From: Diplonema japonicum
Taxonomy: Eukaryota > Protista > Euglenozoa: Diplonemea
DNA length: 64,000 nucleotides
NCBI GenBank assembly: GCA_964019335.1
Contig: OZ025666.1
Location: forward strand, 669,438-733,437
Reading direction: 5' to 3'
Part shown: positions 10,555-22,688 of the stretch, piece after piece
Position numbering within the stretch: the stretch's first letter is position 1
How the letters are laid out: every line of letters begins with the position of its first letter
Made by a program: the position numbers and the translations under genes
Notes under the pieces: model-generated
What the model saw: the letters and a program-made list of their open reading frames with translations, nothing else
Database searches by the model: none
Told to the model about the DNA's origin: nothing

Positions 10555-11892
10555 ATGGTCCTGAATGAGGCACTCACACCAGTGACATGCCAAGTGCACT
10601 GGATCGTGAACCCTGTAGAGAAGACTTTTTCGGGAAGCTGCACGTGGCAGGTGTCAATCAACTCACCGTGTGATGTTGTGAGATGCCACGCACAAGGCTT
10701 GGAACTAGATGCCATCAAAGTAGCACAGTATAAGAAACCTCAGAAACTGGAGAATATTGACCGTGCTGAGGATGGGCTGCTGTCGTTAAAGGTGTGCGAG
10801 AAGATGCAAGAAGGCAGGGCGGAGATCTCTTTTTCATTCCGCGGGAGCATTAAGGGCACCGTGGGTGTGCACTTCAGCGGTCTGGAATCTAAGGTAGTGC
10901 AGACGCACTTTGAAGTGTCACACGGAAGGAAAGCCTTCCCGTGCTTCGACATACCCAGCATTCGTGCCACATACAAGGTGTCTGTAACTGTGTTGAACTC
11001 CTCTTCAGCAACCACTATCCTAAGCTGCATGCCGGCAGTCTGCACACGCACCAAAGGGACAGACCTAACAGTAGAGTTTGGTGTGACACCGCCAATTCCT
11101 GTGTACGTGCTGTCCTTCATCACCTTTCCCTATGAGATCACGACACTTAGTCAGGAAGTTACCCTCCCCAGTGGCACAGTCGTGCCCATCACCGCAAGCA
11201 TTACTCCCAACCCAAAGTACCCACTGGAGCTTCTTCTAAAGGCGACTGCTTATGGATTGGCCACGTGTTCAGAATGGACAGGGGTCGAGTTCCCTCTTCC
11301 AAAGCTGGATGTTGTCGTGGTTCCGAAGCTGTGTTTAGGAGGCATGGAGAACCACGGGCTTGTCTTCATTGATGGTGCAGAGACCACGCCTGGCAAAGGG
11401 AAGAAGGTAGGGAACGACAGTACGATTGAGCTACTGATGCACGAGATCGCGCACATGTGGATGGGGAACATGGTGGGGCTGGAGTTCTGGGTGAAAGAAG
11501 GCTTGGCACAGTTTTTTGAAAAAACGCTCACCGACGGGTTCCTCGGGAGAAGTTGCTCTCTTCCGACAGATACGAAGTTCTCTTCAGGCCCTGTTGAGAT
11601 AGAGAAGAAGAACAAGCCAAAGCCGAAGCCAAAGGCAAAGGGTAAAGCGAAGAAGGGGAAGGGCAAAGCAGAAGAGGTGGTAGAAGAGAAGAAGGAGACA
11701 GATGCGATAGATCACCACGATGTCTTCAACGGTAGTATGTACACAAAGAGCTTCCTGTGGGTGGTTGGGGTGGAGAGGGCACTGGGCAGGCAGGAGTTCT
11801 TGAAGCGGTTGTCGGACATGTTGAATGCGAATATGGATCAGTACATCCCAGAGGAGCTGTTCATGGAGGTGTTTGGGGGTGAGAAGTTTTGA
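10555..11892 (+). CDS. M1-family zinc aminopeptidase-like protein, lacking C-terminal domain
   Basis: TFSG, THFE...RKAFPCFDIP, FPLPKLD, GGMENHGL, HEIAHMW, KEGLA, distal YTK. Confidence 0.88.
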   Translation: MVLNEALTPVTCQVHWIVNPVEKTFSGSCTWQVSINSPCDVVRCHAQGLELDAIKVAQYKKPQKLENIDRAEDGLLSLKVCEKMQEGRAEISFSFRGSIKGTVGVHFSGLESKVVQTHFEVSHGRKAFPCFDIPSIRATYKVSVTVLNSSSATTILSCMPAVCTRTKGTDLTVEFGVTPPIPVYVLSFITFPYEITTLSQEVTLPSGTVVPITASITPNPKYPLELLLKATAYGLATCSEWTGVEFPLPKLDVVVVPKLCLGGMENHGLVFIDGAETTPGKGKKVGNDSTIELLMHEIAHMWMGNMVGLEFWVKEGLAQFFEKTLTDGFLGRSCSLPTDTKFSSGPVEIEKKNKPKPKPKAKGKAKKGKGKAEEVVEEKKETDAIDHHDVFNGSMYTKSFLWVVGVERALGRQEFLKRLSDMLNANMDQYIPEELFMEVFGGEKF

Positions 11893-11978
11893 GGAAAACC
11901 GCGCAAACTTACGAGCAGAGTAGTATCTTTCAATGTTCCTTTTTTCTCAAATATTCACTCATCATAGGATGCGATGAT

Positions 11979-12895
11979 ATGTCGACATGCATAAGTCATT
12001 CTACGAAGCTAGATAAGTTTGGTCGGTCATGTCTGTACTACGATGCCAATGTTAACGAGTGTGGTACAGGTGACAATGTAGACTTCACAGCTGCTGTGCA
12101 TTGCTGCGTGTGCAAGGTCACCCCTGTGCCCACTTCGTCCTCAGCGACACCCATTCCTGTTACTCTTTCTCCGACGACCCTGCCCACACCATCGCCACCT
12201 TCATCTGACACGGATTTCGTGTTCATTGTCATAGTATGCTGCTGCGTGTTACTACTGTGTTGCGTTGTTGCCCTCTTGTGCATCTATAAGAAACGTCTTC
12301 GAAAGAACAAGCCTTCCGAGGAGCAGAGACAACTACAGCAGCAGTTCACAGTTTCTCCAACCTTCTCCGCCTCTAAAATGGAGCCACTCGAGATTTTGAT
12401 GGCACCCCTTCCTGTGAAAACAGAGAAAATGGAGAAGACAGAGAGCTCAAGGTCCATCAGTGACAGCGCAGTTAGCAGCTTTCCTTTGCTGAGTGTACCT
12501 ATTGACGAGAAGGGACGGGGGAAGAGGAAGGCTCAAAGGAAGGCAAGTTTTTCTCCTGGTGACAGAGGTTTCATAGCTCACTCGCCTCCGTCCCCCCCAC
12601 CGGTGCCCGTGCCGCGTGACGCGGTAGTCAACAACCCAATAGAGCCCCTTGAGCCAAGGTATGCCGTACTCGTCTATGGACATCCCATCTTAGGTCGATC
12701 ACGCCCGTGTCTCAGCTGTCTGCTAGCTACTCTCCCTCCAATAGCAGACGCTCACCATTCCTCATAAAGCCGTCCTCCATATACTCGGTATACCCAGCCT
12801 ACCACCACACCACACTACCACAGCCGCGGCGCACGCCAAGCCAGGAGGATCTTACTCCAGGAAACATTCAGACTGGTAGTCCAGTAAAAATATAA
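11979..12895 (+). CDS. Single-pass membrane protein (Cys-rich ectodomain, Pro/Thr stalk, Pro/Ser-rich tail); intron 12659-12693
   Basis: Hydrophobic helix FVFIVIV...ALLCIY followed by KKRLRK; the 35-nt intron joins ORF 12707-12895. Start codon uncertain. Confidence 0.65.
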
Positions 12896-13144
12896 TCCCT
12901 CTAACACCTAGCAGATTTGTATGCCCTTGAAGGGACGGGTCTGCTCGTCTGCCTTGGCTGTCTTTCGCTGGTGTATACATGTATCATAACCTCCAGTTGT
13001 GCAGCTCCTTTAATACGTTTTGTTCTATGTGCAACTGGTAGCCGATGGTATCCGGTGCTATTCCTCTTTTCATCTGTCCACCTTTACGAGTAGTTTCAGC
13101 TATCCAACACGTACTTGTTTTGTTTCACTACCGACAGGAATGAT

Positions 13145-15570
13145 ATGACGGTCATCCCGCCCCTTTTTAACGTTGGGTCACTTAAGGACTTTCATGACAA
13201 GTTGGAATGGGAGCTAAGTGAGTACCTAACAGGCATCAGTGCCATCAAGGAGAACAGGAATGATAGCTACGTGCACGATAACAAACGAGCGTTTTTAGAG
13301 GTGCGACGGAGAGCGTTTAAGATAGCAGCAGAAGCGTACATCTCGAAGCATGCTGAGGCGCGTGACATAGATGCGTTGGCTGACGAGTATGGAAGTGGGG
13401 ATGATTTGGTAGGTGTGCTTTCTGTGCTGCGTGAGCTGAGAGGCAGCAGTGTTCTTGCCGATACGCAAAAGGCTGCTCTCGACATGCTAGCCGCCTGTGT
13501 CGACGAGTGTGGCAGCACGCCGTACGTGCACCCAAAAGGCGTGCAGCTCCCACGAGTACGGGCTGTAGTGCAAACAGCAGTGGAGGTCGGCACAGATCCT
13601 GTGGAGGTTGAGTTTCTTGATGACACTACTGACGGCGACCATCATGAGATGCTTGTGCGGGGCTCTAAGAGGGTAAACGTGGCTATAAACAAACGACACA
13701 GAATGAGCGAGTTGGCAACAAAGAACGATGCTCTTGCTGCATCGTTGGCTGACTACAACGACACCGCCCGAGACACACAGAAGTTTGCTGACATATGCAA
13801 AAGGTGCTCTGAAGCCTTGCTGGAGATTAGCGAGACAGACCCGTGTGGGCTCGTGCAAGAGCGTACGCGACATGTGAAGAAGGTAGAAGACCTGGAGAAT
13901 AACATCGCGCGCATGCGGCAGGAGGCCAGCGTCACACTCGAGACCATCATCAGCCAGTACGAGCACTTCACGGACCTCACGCAGAGCATCTCGCTGCTCG
14001 CGAAAGAGTGCAACTCTGCGAAGTCAGCTGCCAACCATGTGGACGACGCTGTCGGGCATTTCCAGTCGCTTGTCGAAAGTGAGTCTGACCAGCTCATCGC
14101 AAAAGCGCAGGGCGCTTCGACAGCAGCTTACCTTGCGGAGTCTGCAGGCACGTTCCTGAGTGACTTAACTGCTGTCACACGTGCGCACATTAATGAGCAC
14201 ATAAACGAGGGTGATTACAGATTGGAGATGGCACAAGCATCTCTGCATGACGCGGCGGGAAGGTATTTCCAGATGCTTCAGCAGCAGGAGAATCGTGAGA
14301 AAAGGATCTTCGATGTGGTATGGTGACCCGCACATTATTCCTACCTTCACAGGCGGACCAGAAGATGCAATACACTACACTGCGAGGTATCGATGAGCAG
14401 CTCTTGGCTGAGCTTGAACGTCAGAAAGCATCTGCAATGCAGAAGCTAGGTGAGATAAAAACAGAGATGGCAAAGGTGCGCACGCTTCTAGAGAGTCACG
14501 GTGTCACTGATGCAATGCGGACACGACTTGGTGCCAACTCATTCTTAGACAAATACGACAGGTCTAAGAGAGTTGAAGTTGCAAAGGAGTTCTTCGACAG
14601 CTTGTGGATGAATATGCGTGATTGCTCGGACTGTCTGGCCAACCTGACAGACACACCGCCGCAGCTGCTGCATGATCACAGGACAGCATCAGAAACAGCT
14701 ATGGAGGCGCTGTTCTCGGTTCTCGTAGCTGTGGCAGACACTAGTGCTGCTCTCTCTCACGCCGAATATCTTGCTGTTGAAGACGCTGTTGCCACAGTTG
14801 CAAAGCTCAAGCGCTGTGCCAGGAGTGCTGCAGAGAACTTTTCGGAGTTGAACCACACGCACCCTAGCATCGTCAAGATAGAGAGCAGCAACTTTGCTCT
14901 ACCTGACGGAGGGCGCGCCAAGTGCTTGTTCCAACTGGCATCGCCGGTGTTCACAGCATTGGAGTCGTGCATCCGTGTGCTCACAAGCTTGTCGACAGGC
15001 AGCGGTCTGGTGTCGGGACTGAAGGAGCCACTGACCATAGCTATGGTATGCAAAGCATGTTCGTGCCACACAAAACAGGAGTTCGGTAACGTGTCCCCCA
15101 GGCTGCGGGTCAACGGGCGGCGACTGCAGAAACCTTCTTCCGGGAAAGACCTTGCCGATGGAAGCGCCATATGCACTGCATCGTTTGTTGAAGGGAGCGG
15201 AAAGCACAGCTGGGGCATCAGACTGCTCGATAAGGCGGAGCACTTGATGGTTGGTGTTACCGACTCGTCCCTCAATGTGACAGGGTACTGCAACGCAGTG
15301 AGGCACCCACAGGCATACTTCCTCAACGTCACTACCGGTACCCTGTGGTCCCCTGTTCTGCGCTATGAGGGCCATCCATACTGGCCCGACATCCTTGACA
15401 ACAACGGTAGCGAGATCGTCGTCACGATAGATACAGACAGGTGCACACTGAGCTTCGCACACAATGGTAGAGACCTAGGCGTAGCATTTGTAGGACTGAA
15501 TATGTCAAGGCCCTTGCATCCTGCATTTGAGATTACGACAGCTGGCTGCGAGTTCGAGTTACTAGAATAA
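13145..15570 (+). CDS. Coiled-coil protein with C-terminal SPRY domain; intron 14318-14352
   Basis: GKHSWGIRL, LMVGVT, IVVTID...LSFAHNGRDLGVAF...LHPAF fit SPRY; the phase-0 intron joins two ORFs. Confidence 0.8.
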
Positions 15571-15643
15571 TGTACTTCGTTGTATTCACCCAAACATTCA
15601 CCCAAGCACCAAGCTCGTTTCACTTGAACACACAGGTTACAAA

Positions 15644-18600
15644 ATGGATGCAATTACGGGTAGGTTGACTGCTGCTGCAGCAAAGATGGCACAGGGCAGC
15701 ACCGCGGAGGCAGAGCAGCTAGTGAATGAGGCGGCAACCAGCCAGGTCGACCACATCCTACAGGCGACGACGAGCTTGCTGTTGCAGACTGACGACCCAT
15801 ACTGCGCACACTTTGCTTGTGGCCTGCTGAAGAAGGTTGCGGTCCGTGACTGGCACTCCCTCCCCGCAGCTGCAAGGCAGGAGTTATTCAGTTTTATGAC
15901 CACTTGCTTGTCGACTAGGGGCGGGTCGCTACACCCCAGAACGTTGGAGCAACTATACAGCCTCATTTCGGTTATAACGAAACTTGGGTGGTCCACAGGC
16001 CCCGAGGGCAACCAGGCAAGTTGCATCGTAGGCATGATGCTAGAGTATCTGAAGGGCGAGAACAAAATGTGCGGTATATCTCTGGCAAAACATCTTATTA
16101 TGGAGTTCCAGAGTACAGAAACTGGTAGTTTAGGAATGGTGTGGGAGCAACATGAGTTGATACGGCAGTCGTTCCAGGCACAGGCACTGCCGCAAATATT
16201 CGCCATAGTGTTCAATGCACAGAACATCCTGTCAGCACCAGCAGGTCACTACAGAGAGGCTTTCCTGCGCTTGATAGCTGAAGGGCTTTTGTCGTGGGAT
16301 TACACCAAAAGGAGGCCGGACAGCCAGCCAGAGGAGTGTATCAAGGTAACAGTTGAGTGGCGAGACTTCATGTTGAACAAGTCTGTAATTGAAGCGCTAG
16401 TGGCCCTGCACGGTACAACTACAATAGAAGAGAAACACCACATTCAAATAGCCATCATCCAGCTGTGTGGCGTGCACGGCAGCATCTTCGTTAACAAGCA
16501 AGAACGTCTTGCGTGGCTGGAGTACATGCTCAACGTAGCTTTTGAGTTGGCGTCGCGCTCCGTGCAGAATTACACCCCAGAATGTGGTAGTTTAGTTTTC
16601 GCAAGCTGTCAGGCCTTCCAGAAGGCCAGTTGGTGTTCTACGTCAAATGATTGGTACATGCTCCCCAGCTTTGCATCGATTACAACACGTCTCACGGAGT
16701 TCACATCAGCAATAGCACGAGAACATGGCAACAGGCCCGACGATGAGTGGATCATAGAGTCAGTGGACACTTTGCTGTGCTTATGGAGCACTCACCTTAT
16801 AGACATGCTTGATGAGATGATGTTTTACGGCAGCAACCAAGACGTTGGCAAGCCCGAGCAGAAGACGCTCCTCAGGCAGTCATGCAAAGCGATTTTCGAG
16901 GCTTTTGTCGATGGCCAGATGAAGGCACCTACTCTAGATACTGACGAAGGTGCTCACGAGAAGGAATATGGTGATAGCACAAGGTCCTTTGTGGCCCTCT
17001 TGGGGCGGCAGGTCTCTGATGAGGCATTGGCCATTTTGATAAGTCGCCTTCAGACACTTATGGGCCATCTGTCGCATGTTACGCAGGGGCAGACACTGCC
17101 CGATACATTCCACGACGTGTTGTTTGTGATTGTGACCATCGGCTGTGCGCTAGTGGCTGACCCCGGCGAGTCGGAGATACCGGGGATCCCTGTCGTGCTG
17201 GTCGAGGCAGCACGCTTGCATGAGTCCAAGCCTGACTCCAATGGTGTCGTCTTTTTCGTCGGCTTGCTCTTCAATCTTCTTGAGGGGCTTCTGAGTATGG
17301 CGAGAGCTGACACGGCTTCTTCTGTGAGCCCGTTTGTTGTGTCTGCGACCTTGTCCGGTCTAGCAAGGTGGGCCAGGTCTTATGTGTCCCCGGACAGAGA
17401 TGCTAACATCGAGCTTACACCTGTCTTCACCAGCGCCTTCGATGATGGGAAGTTTGCCTGTGAGAAACTGATCGCCTTATCGACGCAAGCGCTGTGCATA
17501 TATCCCAGTGACCCCGAAGTGACAGGGGCTGCCATCGAAGTGCTCATGTCGCTGTCTTTAAAGTCTTCGTTGCATAGTTGGCTGTACTCCTGCAGCAGTT
17601 GGTCCGTATTGGCAGTGCAAGAGAATGCTGAGAACTCACCCCTGCAGAACCTCCCCCTCTCTGTGAGGAGATCCTTGATTGAGTGTCTGTGTCTTGGCAG
17701 TGGGAAGGACGCCTTCGTAAACTTGCTTCCGCCGATTGAGCAAGCGGCGAAAGGTCTTTTGAGCCAAACAGGTAGTTGTGTAAGTGAGAACAAATATGTG
17801 TACAAGCTTCTCCTGGTGCTTTCGCGCATTCGAGGTGTCTGCTGCAGCAGCGTGCAGGGTCATCAGAGGATGGATGCTGTGTTTAATTGGATCAAGTCCT
17901 TGTTTCCCGTCCTCATCCAGCTGTCCGATGTGTTCCACAGTAGGTGCGACATTATCGTTGCGCTATTCGAACTCCTCGATGACCTCATAAAGGCACAAAC
18001 CGCCTTTTTGGAGGACAGCCAGGTGAGCGTGCTGCTGCAATACTGCTTTCAGATGATGGAGACCTACAGGAAGCACAATGCTGTAGTTCAGATATCCAGC
18101 AAACGGCACAAAAGCACCGATGACGAAGACAAGGCAGACACTCTTGTGTCAATGATGGTGCTGCTGAAGGACATCGTCAACTGGGACATGCTGGGTTACT
18201 CGGGCGACGAAGGTAGGCGGCTAGATGCTGGTGAGATAGTGCTATTGGGATTGCACTACATTATTGGTCTCGTGAACACGGAATTCTTAGCTGACTCAGC
18301 GCTCGCTGATATATTCTTCGAGCTCCTAGCCGGAAGTCTCACACTGTACTGTGACAAGGTGTCACTGATCCCGGAGCCTCTGATGGAGCAGGTGAAGTTG
18401 GCTATCATGTATGCAACCAGCGAGGCGAGAGCGGACATCCTGAAGTCGGGGTATGTTACTAGGTCGCAGATTAAAGTCAATCACAGGTTCCGTTCAATTG
18501 CTGCGTTGGCAAACTTTTACAAACATGCGAGCAGCTCATCTGCTTCGGCTGCATCTTGCGCCAGCTTGCAGCAGATGTTGCCTGTGTTCCTCAGGAAGAT

Positions 18601-18889
18601 ATTGACCACTACTTGCACGGAGCGACTCTCATGGGAGTCATGCGTGCTGTCGTCGATGAGCAATGCTGTGAACTGCCTTGTTTCTGTAATGGGGATAGAT
18701 ACCGCCGTGCAGATTCTAAGGGAGGTAGTGGCCGCCCACCCGCTGCATGCCAGACTAGAGGCTGCCTTCGTACAAGCTGTTACAGTACTCGGGAATGCAG
18801 CCCCCGGTCGGACGCGTCGAGTGGTCGCAGAGGAGTTCGGGAAGCAATACGAGCGCTTTGCACTCGTTTGCAGAACGGTGAGAATGTAG
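15644..18889 (+). CDS. XPO4: Exportin-4-like importin-beta family protein; probable in-frame intron 18451-18486
   Basis: IBN_N-like N-terminus (AEAEQLV...PYCAHFAC...DWHSL), EFQST...HELIRQSFQAQALPQIF, LLSWDY. Confidence 0.72.
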   Translation: MDAITGRLTAAAAKMAQGSTAEAEQLVNEAATSQVDHILQATTSLLLQTDDPYCAHFACGLLKKVAVRDWHSLPAAARQELFSFMTTCLSTRGGSLHPRTLEQLYSLISVITKLGWSTGPEGNQASCIVGMMLEYLKGENKMCGISLAKHLIMEFQSTETGSLGMVWEQHELIRQSFQAQALPQIFAIVFNAQNILSAPAGHYREAFLRLIAEGLLSWDYTKRRPDSQPEECIKVTVEWRDFMLNKSVIEALVALHGTTTIEEKHHIQIAIIQLCGVHGSIFVNKQERLAWLEYMLNVAFELASRSVQNYTPECGSLVFASCQAFQKASWCSTSNDWYMLPSFASITTRLTEFTSAIAREHGNRPDDEWIIESVDTLLCLWSTHLIDMLDEMMFYGSNQDVGKPEQKTLLRQSCKAIFEAFVDGQMKAPTLDTDEGAHEKEYGDSTRSFVALLGRQVSDEALAILISRLQTLMGHLSHVTQGQTLPDTFHDVLFVIVTIGCALVADPGESEIPGIPVVLVEAARLHESKPDSNGVVFFVGLLFNLLEGLLSMARADTASSVSPFVVSATLSGLARWARSYVSPDRDANIELTPVFTSAFDDGKFACEKLIALSTQALCIYPSDPEVTGAAIEVLMSLSLKSSLHSWLYSCSSWSVLAVQENAENSPLQNLPLSVRRSLIECLCLGSGKDAFVNLLPPIEQAAKGLLSQTGSCVSENKYVYKLLLVLSRIRGVCCSSVQGHQRMDAVFNWIKSLFPVLIQLSDVFHSRCDIIVALFELLDDLIKAQTAFLEDSQVSVLLQYCFQMMETYRKHNAVVQISSKRHKSTDDEDKADTLVSMMVLLKDIVNWDMLGYSGDEGRRLDAGEIVLLGLHYIIGLVNTEFLADSALADIFFELLAGSLTLYCDKVSLIPEPLMEQVKLAIMYATSEARADILKSGYVTRSQIKVNHRFRSIAALANFYKHASSSSASAASCASLQQMLPVFLRKILTTTCTERLSWESCVLSSMSNAVNCLVSVMGIDTAVQILREVVAAHPLHARLEAAFVQAVTVLGNAAPGRTRRVVAEEFGKQYERFALVCRTVRM

Positions 18890-19000
18890 GTTTCGAAAAG
18901 TATTTTAAAAGGTGTCATGAATTGGGTTTTATTTTCATTTTTGAGTATCAGTCATTTCTTTATTCTACTTATTAGCCATCTCAGTACAACACCAGTAGCT

Positions 19001-22000
19001 ATGATCGAAGAGGGTGCTTTGGTTTTTTACCATGACCCAGAGGTCAGTTGGACCTTAGGCACCGTCTCGTCGTGGGATGGGAAGAAGGCAGAGGTGAAGG
19101 GGCGGGATGGCGGTGGTATGAGTGGTGTGATGGACGAACAGATGACCATTGCAAGAGAAGACACGATAGATGAACAGAAGGATGACCTCATGGACCTCAC
19201 TCTGCTACACGACGCTACTATCCTGCGGTCGTTGAAGCTGCGGTATATGCAGGACATCATTTATACAAACATCGGGCCCATTGTGGTGGCGCTCAACCCC
19301 TTCAATTTTAAGATCCCGTGGTACGGGGACGACAACATCCCGAAGTACTTGGCAGAGGGCGACAGAATAGAGAACAACTTACCGCACTCGTGGGCCGTAG
19401 CACACAACACTTACCACGAGATGATGAATGACTCGCAGAACCAGTGCATCTTGGTGTCTGGTGAGTCGGGAGCGGGCAAAACAGAGGCATCAAAGATCGT
19501 GATGAAGTATCTTGCTGCACTGTCCACAAAAGGAGGTGGCCCTGCGCAGAAGGAGGCTGGTTCCAACGTAGGGAGGAAGATCAATATGACGTCCCCGCCA
19601 TTGGAGACCTGGGGGAACGCTAAGACAGTCAGGAACGACAACTCCTCGAGGTTCGGGAAGTTCATGAAGGTGAAATTCGACTATGAAGGGAACCTGTTGG
19701 GTGCCTTCGTCATCAAGTACCTGTTGGAGAAAAGCAGAATCGTTACAGCTGGGCCTGGCGAACGGTGTTACCACTCTTTTTACCTTGCAGTGCGTAGCAA
19801 AGATGCATCGCAGCACCAGCTGGGGGCTGACAGTGAGTATAAAAGCATCACATCAGGCAACTGTGTAACTAACAAGGAGTTCGACACAGCGGAAGAATAC
19901 GACGAGGTGTGTCTTGCTCTATCGGAGATCGGCACGTCTCAAGAGACCATCACCTCCATGTGGAAGGTTGTGGCAGGCATTCTGCACTTGCAGAACGTAG
20001 AGTTCCTTCCTGAAGGCGAAGGGAGCAAAATTAACCCGTCGTCAGACAAGGACATAGACAAGGTAGTGGCCACATGGGGCTGCGACAAGGCTGTTCTGAC
20101 GAAGGAGTTATGCGTCACAACGCTGAACATCCAGGGATCCGACGTTGAGCGACTACTGCCTCCTGTGAAGGCAGCCGACTGCAGGGACTCCCTTTCTAAG
20201 CATATGTATGATAACGAGTTCTCGAAGTTGATCGAGCAGTGCAACCTACTGCTCGACACAGGCGGGGATGGGAACTGGATTGGACTGCTGGACATCTTCG
20301 GCTTTGAAGACTTCGAAGTAAACAGCTTTGAGCAGATCTGTATCAATTTGGCGAACGAGTCCCTGCAGCACCACTACAACACATACATCTTCCAGCGGGA
20401 CATGGACGAGTGCAGAGCAGAGGGCATTGATGTGACGTCTGTCGTGTTCCCCGACAACACGCCCTGCCTCAACATGGTGGCTGCCAAGGGTGGCGTAATG
20501 TCATTGCTCGACGAAGAGTGCTCCCTTGGTTCCGGAACCGACGATGCCTTCCTGTCAAAGGTGATCGAGCATCACTCATCAAACGAGTTTTTTGCCATCA
20601 AGAAGCTCTCGAAGGAGTCCTTCATCATTAAGCACTACGCAAAGGACGTCAACTACACAGTGCCCGGTTTCTTAGAAAAGAACCGTGACACCCTGAAGGA
20701 CGCCTTCAAGATGATGATGCGCGGGGTCTCTGATGCGTATATGAAAGGTATGGTGACGGATATTCAACTACAACAATTTGCAGAGCTGCTTCCAGCCCCT
20801 AACCCTGAGGCTAAAGGCGCCAAGGTGACCGTGGGCGGCTTCTACAAGCAGCAGCTCAAGGATCTCATGGACCTCATCAATTCGACTAACCCGCATTGGA
20901 TCAGGTATTGTTTGCTGCCGCTCTGACACCACTCCCACCTAGGTGTATCAAGCCTCACCCTGCCAAGAAGCCTCTCCACTTTGACGGGGTGTCCACTCTC
21001 GCACAGCTTAGTAGCTCTGGTGTCCTCGGAACGGTATGCCTCTGCTTTTCTTAGCACCGCAACAGGTACGCATCCGGAAAGCAGGGTTCCCTGTGCGCAT
21101 TATACACGATGACTTTTTCTTCAAATATAAAGTAATAGCACCAGGCGAGCCTCAATGCCGGGAGACATGCCAGAAGATCCTGGACAGGGCTAGTTTGCCC
21201 AAGGAGAAAGCACAAATGGGGAAGACAAAGGTGTTCATGAAACAGGAAGCTTTCTTAGAGGTGGAGAAGCTCAAGAAAGAGCTCCTTCAAGATAGTGCGC
21301 GAGTTGTGCAAGCATGGATGCGTGGTCTAGTAGCCTTGGGCGATGTCAGGAAAACTATTCTTGCTGCCAACAAGGAGGCCATGGACAAGATGAGAGAGCA
21401 GGTGCGAGGGGAAATGGAAGAGCAGCGGAGGATTGCAGCGGCAGATGCTGCAGCCAACGCTGACAGGCTGGCTGCCGAGGCTAAAGCACTAGAGGAGGCG
21501 GAGCTTGCCGAGAGAATGGCGAAAGCATCGGAGACACTCATAGCTGATGAAGAGGTAGCGAGGAAGGCCATTGAGGATGAAGAGGCTTCTTGTATTTCTT
21601 CAATGATAGCACAAGAGGAAGCCGCAAGGGAGGAATTAAAGGTCGCAACGCAGAAATGGCAGCTTGGGAAGGAAGAAGAGGCTGCTAGGAACGAGATAGA
21701 GCGAGAGGAGGAGGAAGATGGATTCGAGTTCCTGTCACTAGGTATGCAACAGAATATGTATGACTGTGATTACAGGAACTGAGCTGCAGCAAAGGATGCA
21801 ACTCGAGTCGCTGAAATATGAAGCTGAGGCGATGCTCGCGAAGAACAGAGAAGAGAGAGCGAGGAAGGATGCTGAACGCAGAGAACGGAACAGGGAGCAA
21901 GATAGGTCGTTGCCCGAAAGGTTGGCGGTACCGAACGAGGTGGTGAATACAGCCGCACATTCTGAACTGGAAGCAGCGCAACAGATGAGGATTAGGCAGT

Positions 22001-22539
22001 CTTTAGAGGACAAGATAATATCGGAAGCAAGCAGCCCTGCTGGATCACCTATGGGGTCCTTGGTGGGCTCGTTTCCAGGATCGCCTCTCAGTGTTCCGCA
22101 GGTGACATCTGTGATTCCTGCTGGGACACAACGCATGCCTGATGGCACCTTGAACACTACCCCTTTAGATGTATGGAACACGCACCCTACGTCAGCTAGC
22201 ATTGGTGAGACTCTCTATGTCGCAGCGCGCCACGCCTTTGGTGTGGTGGTAGATCATGAACCTGGCAACGGCCACCAGTTCAGGGTTTCGTTCAGCGATG
22301 GGTCCTTTATGTGGTGTGACACGTCTGATGCTTGCACTGTAAGCGAAGGGTATGTAAACATACGTCTAGTTACCTATCCCAGAAGAAGCAATTCCTTCAG
22401 CCCAACGGGCCCGAGCCCCAGATCATTCCCCACCTCGTCTTCTCTCCCTTCTCCGGTATGCTCCGCAAAAAGACGTAAATGCCAACAGGAGCCCAAATCA
22501 GCTTCACCCACACGACGCAGCAAGTGGGGCGCCAGCTAA
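19001..22539 (+). CDS. Unconventional myosin (motor, one IQ, Glu/Ala-rich helical tail), ~1110 aa; introns 20748-20783, 20905-20942, 21034-21065, 21742-21775, 22350-22382, 22456-22488
   Basis: GESGAGKTE, GNAKTVRNDNSSRFGKF, LLDIFGFE, NSFEQICINLANE. Splicing restores PHWIRCIKP and GVLGTVRIRKAGFP; IQ motif VVQAWMRG. Confidence 0.95.
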
Positions 22540-22688
22540 AATGTACTTGTTTCCCTTCTTCAGTCCCATTTTAAATATATGGCGCTACTCCGATTCGCAA
22601 GCTGCGGAATATCGTTTTTCTCTTTTTTTTTCACTCCGACAATATAGGTTTAGCTGCGTAGCTGTACAGAATCTTGTTACCAGGAGAC

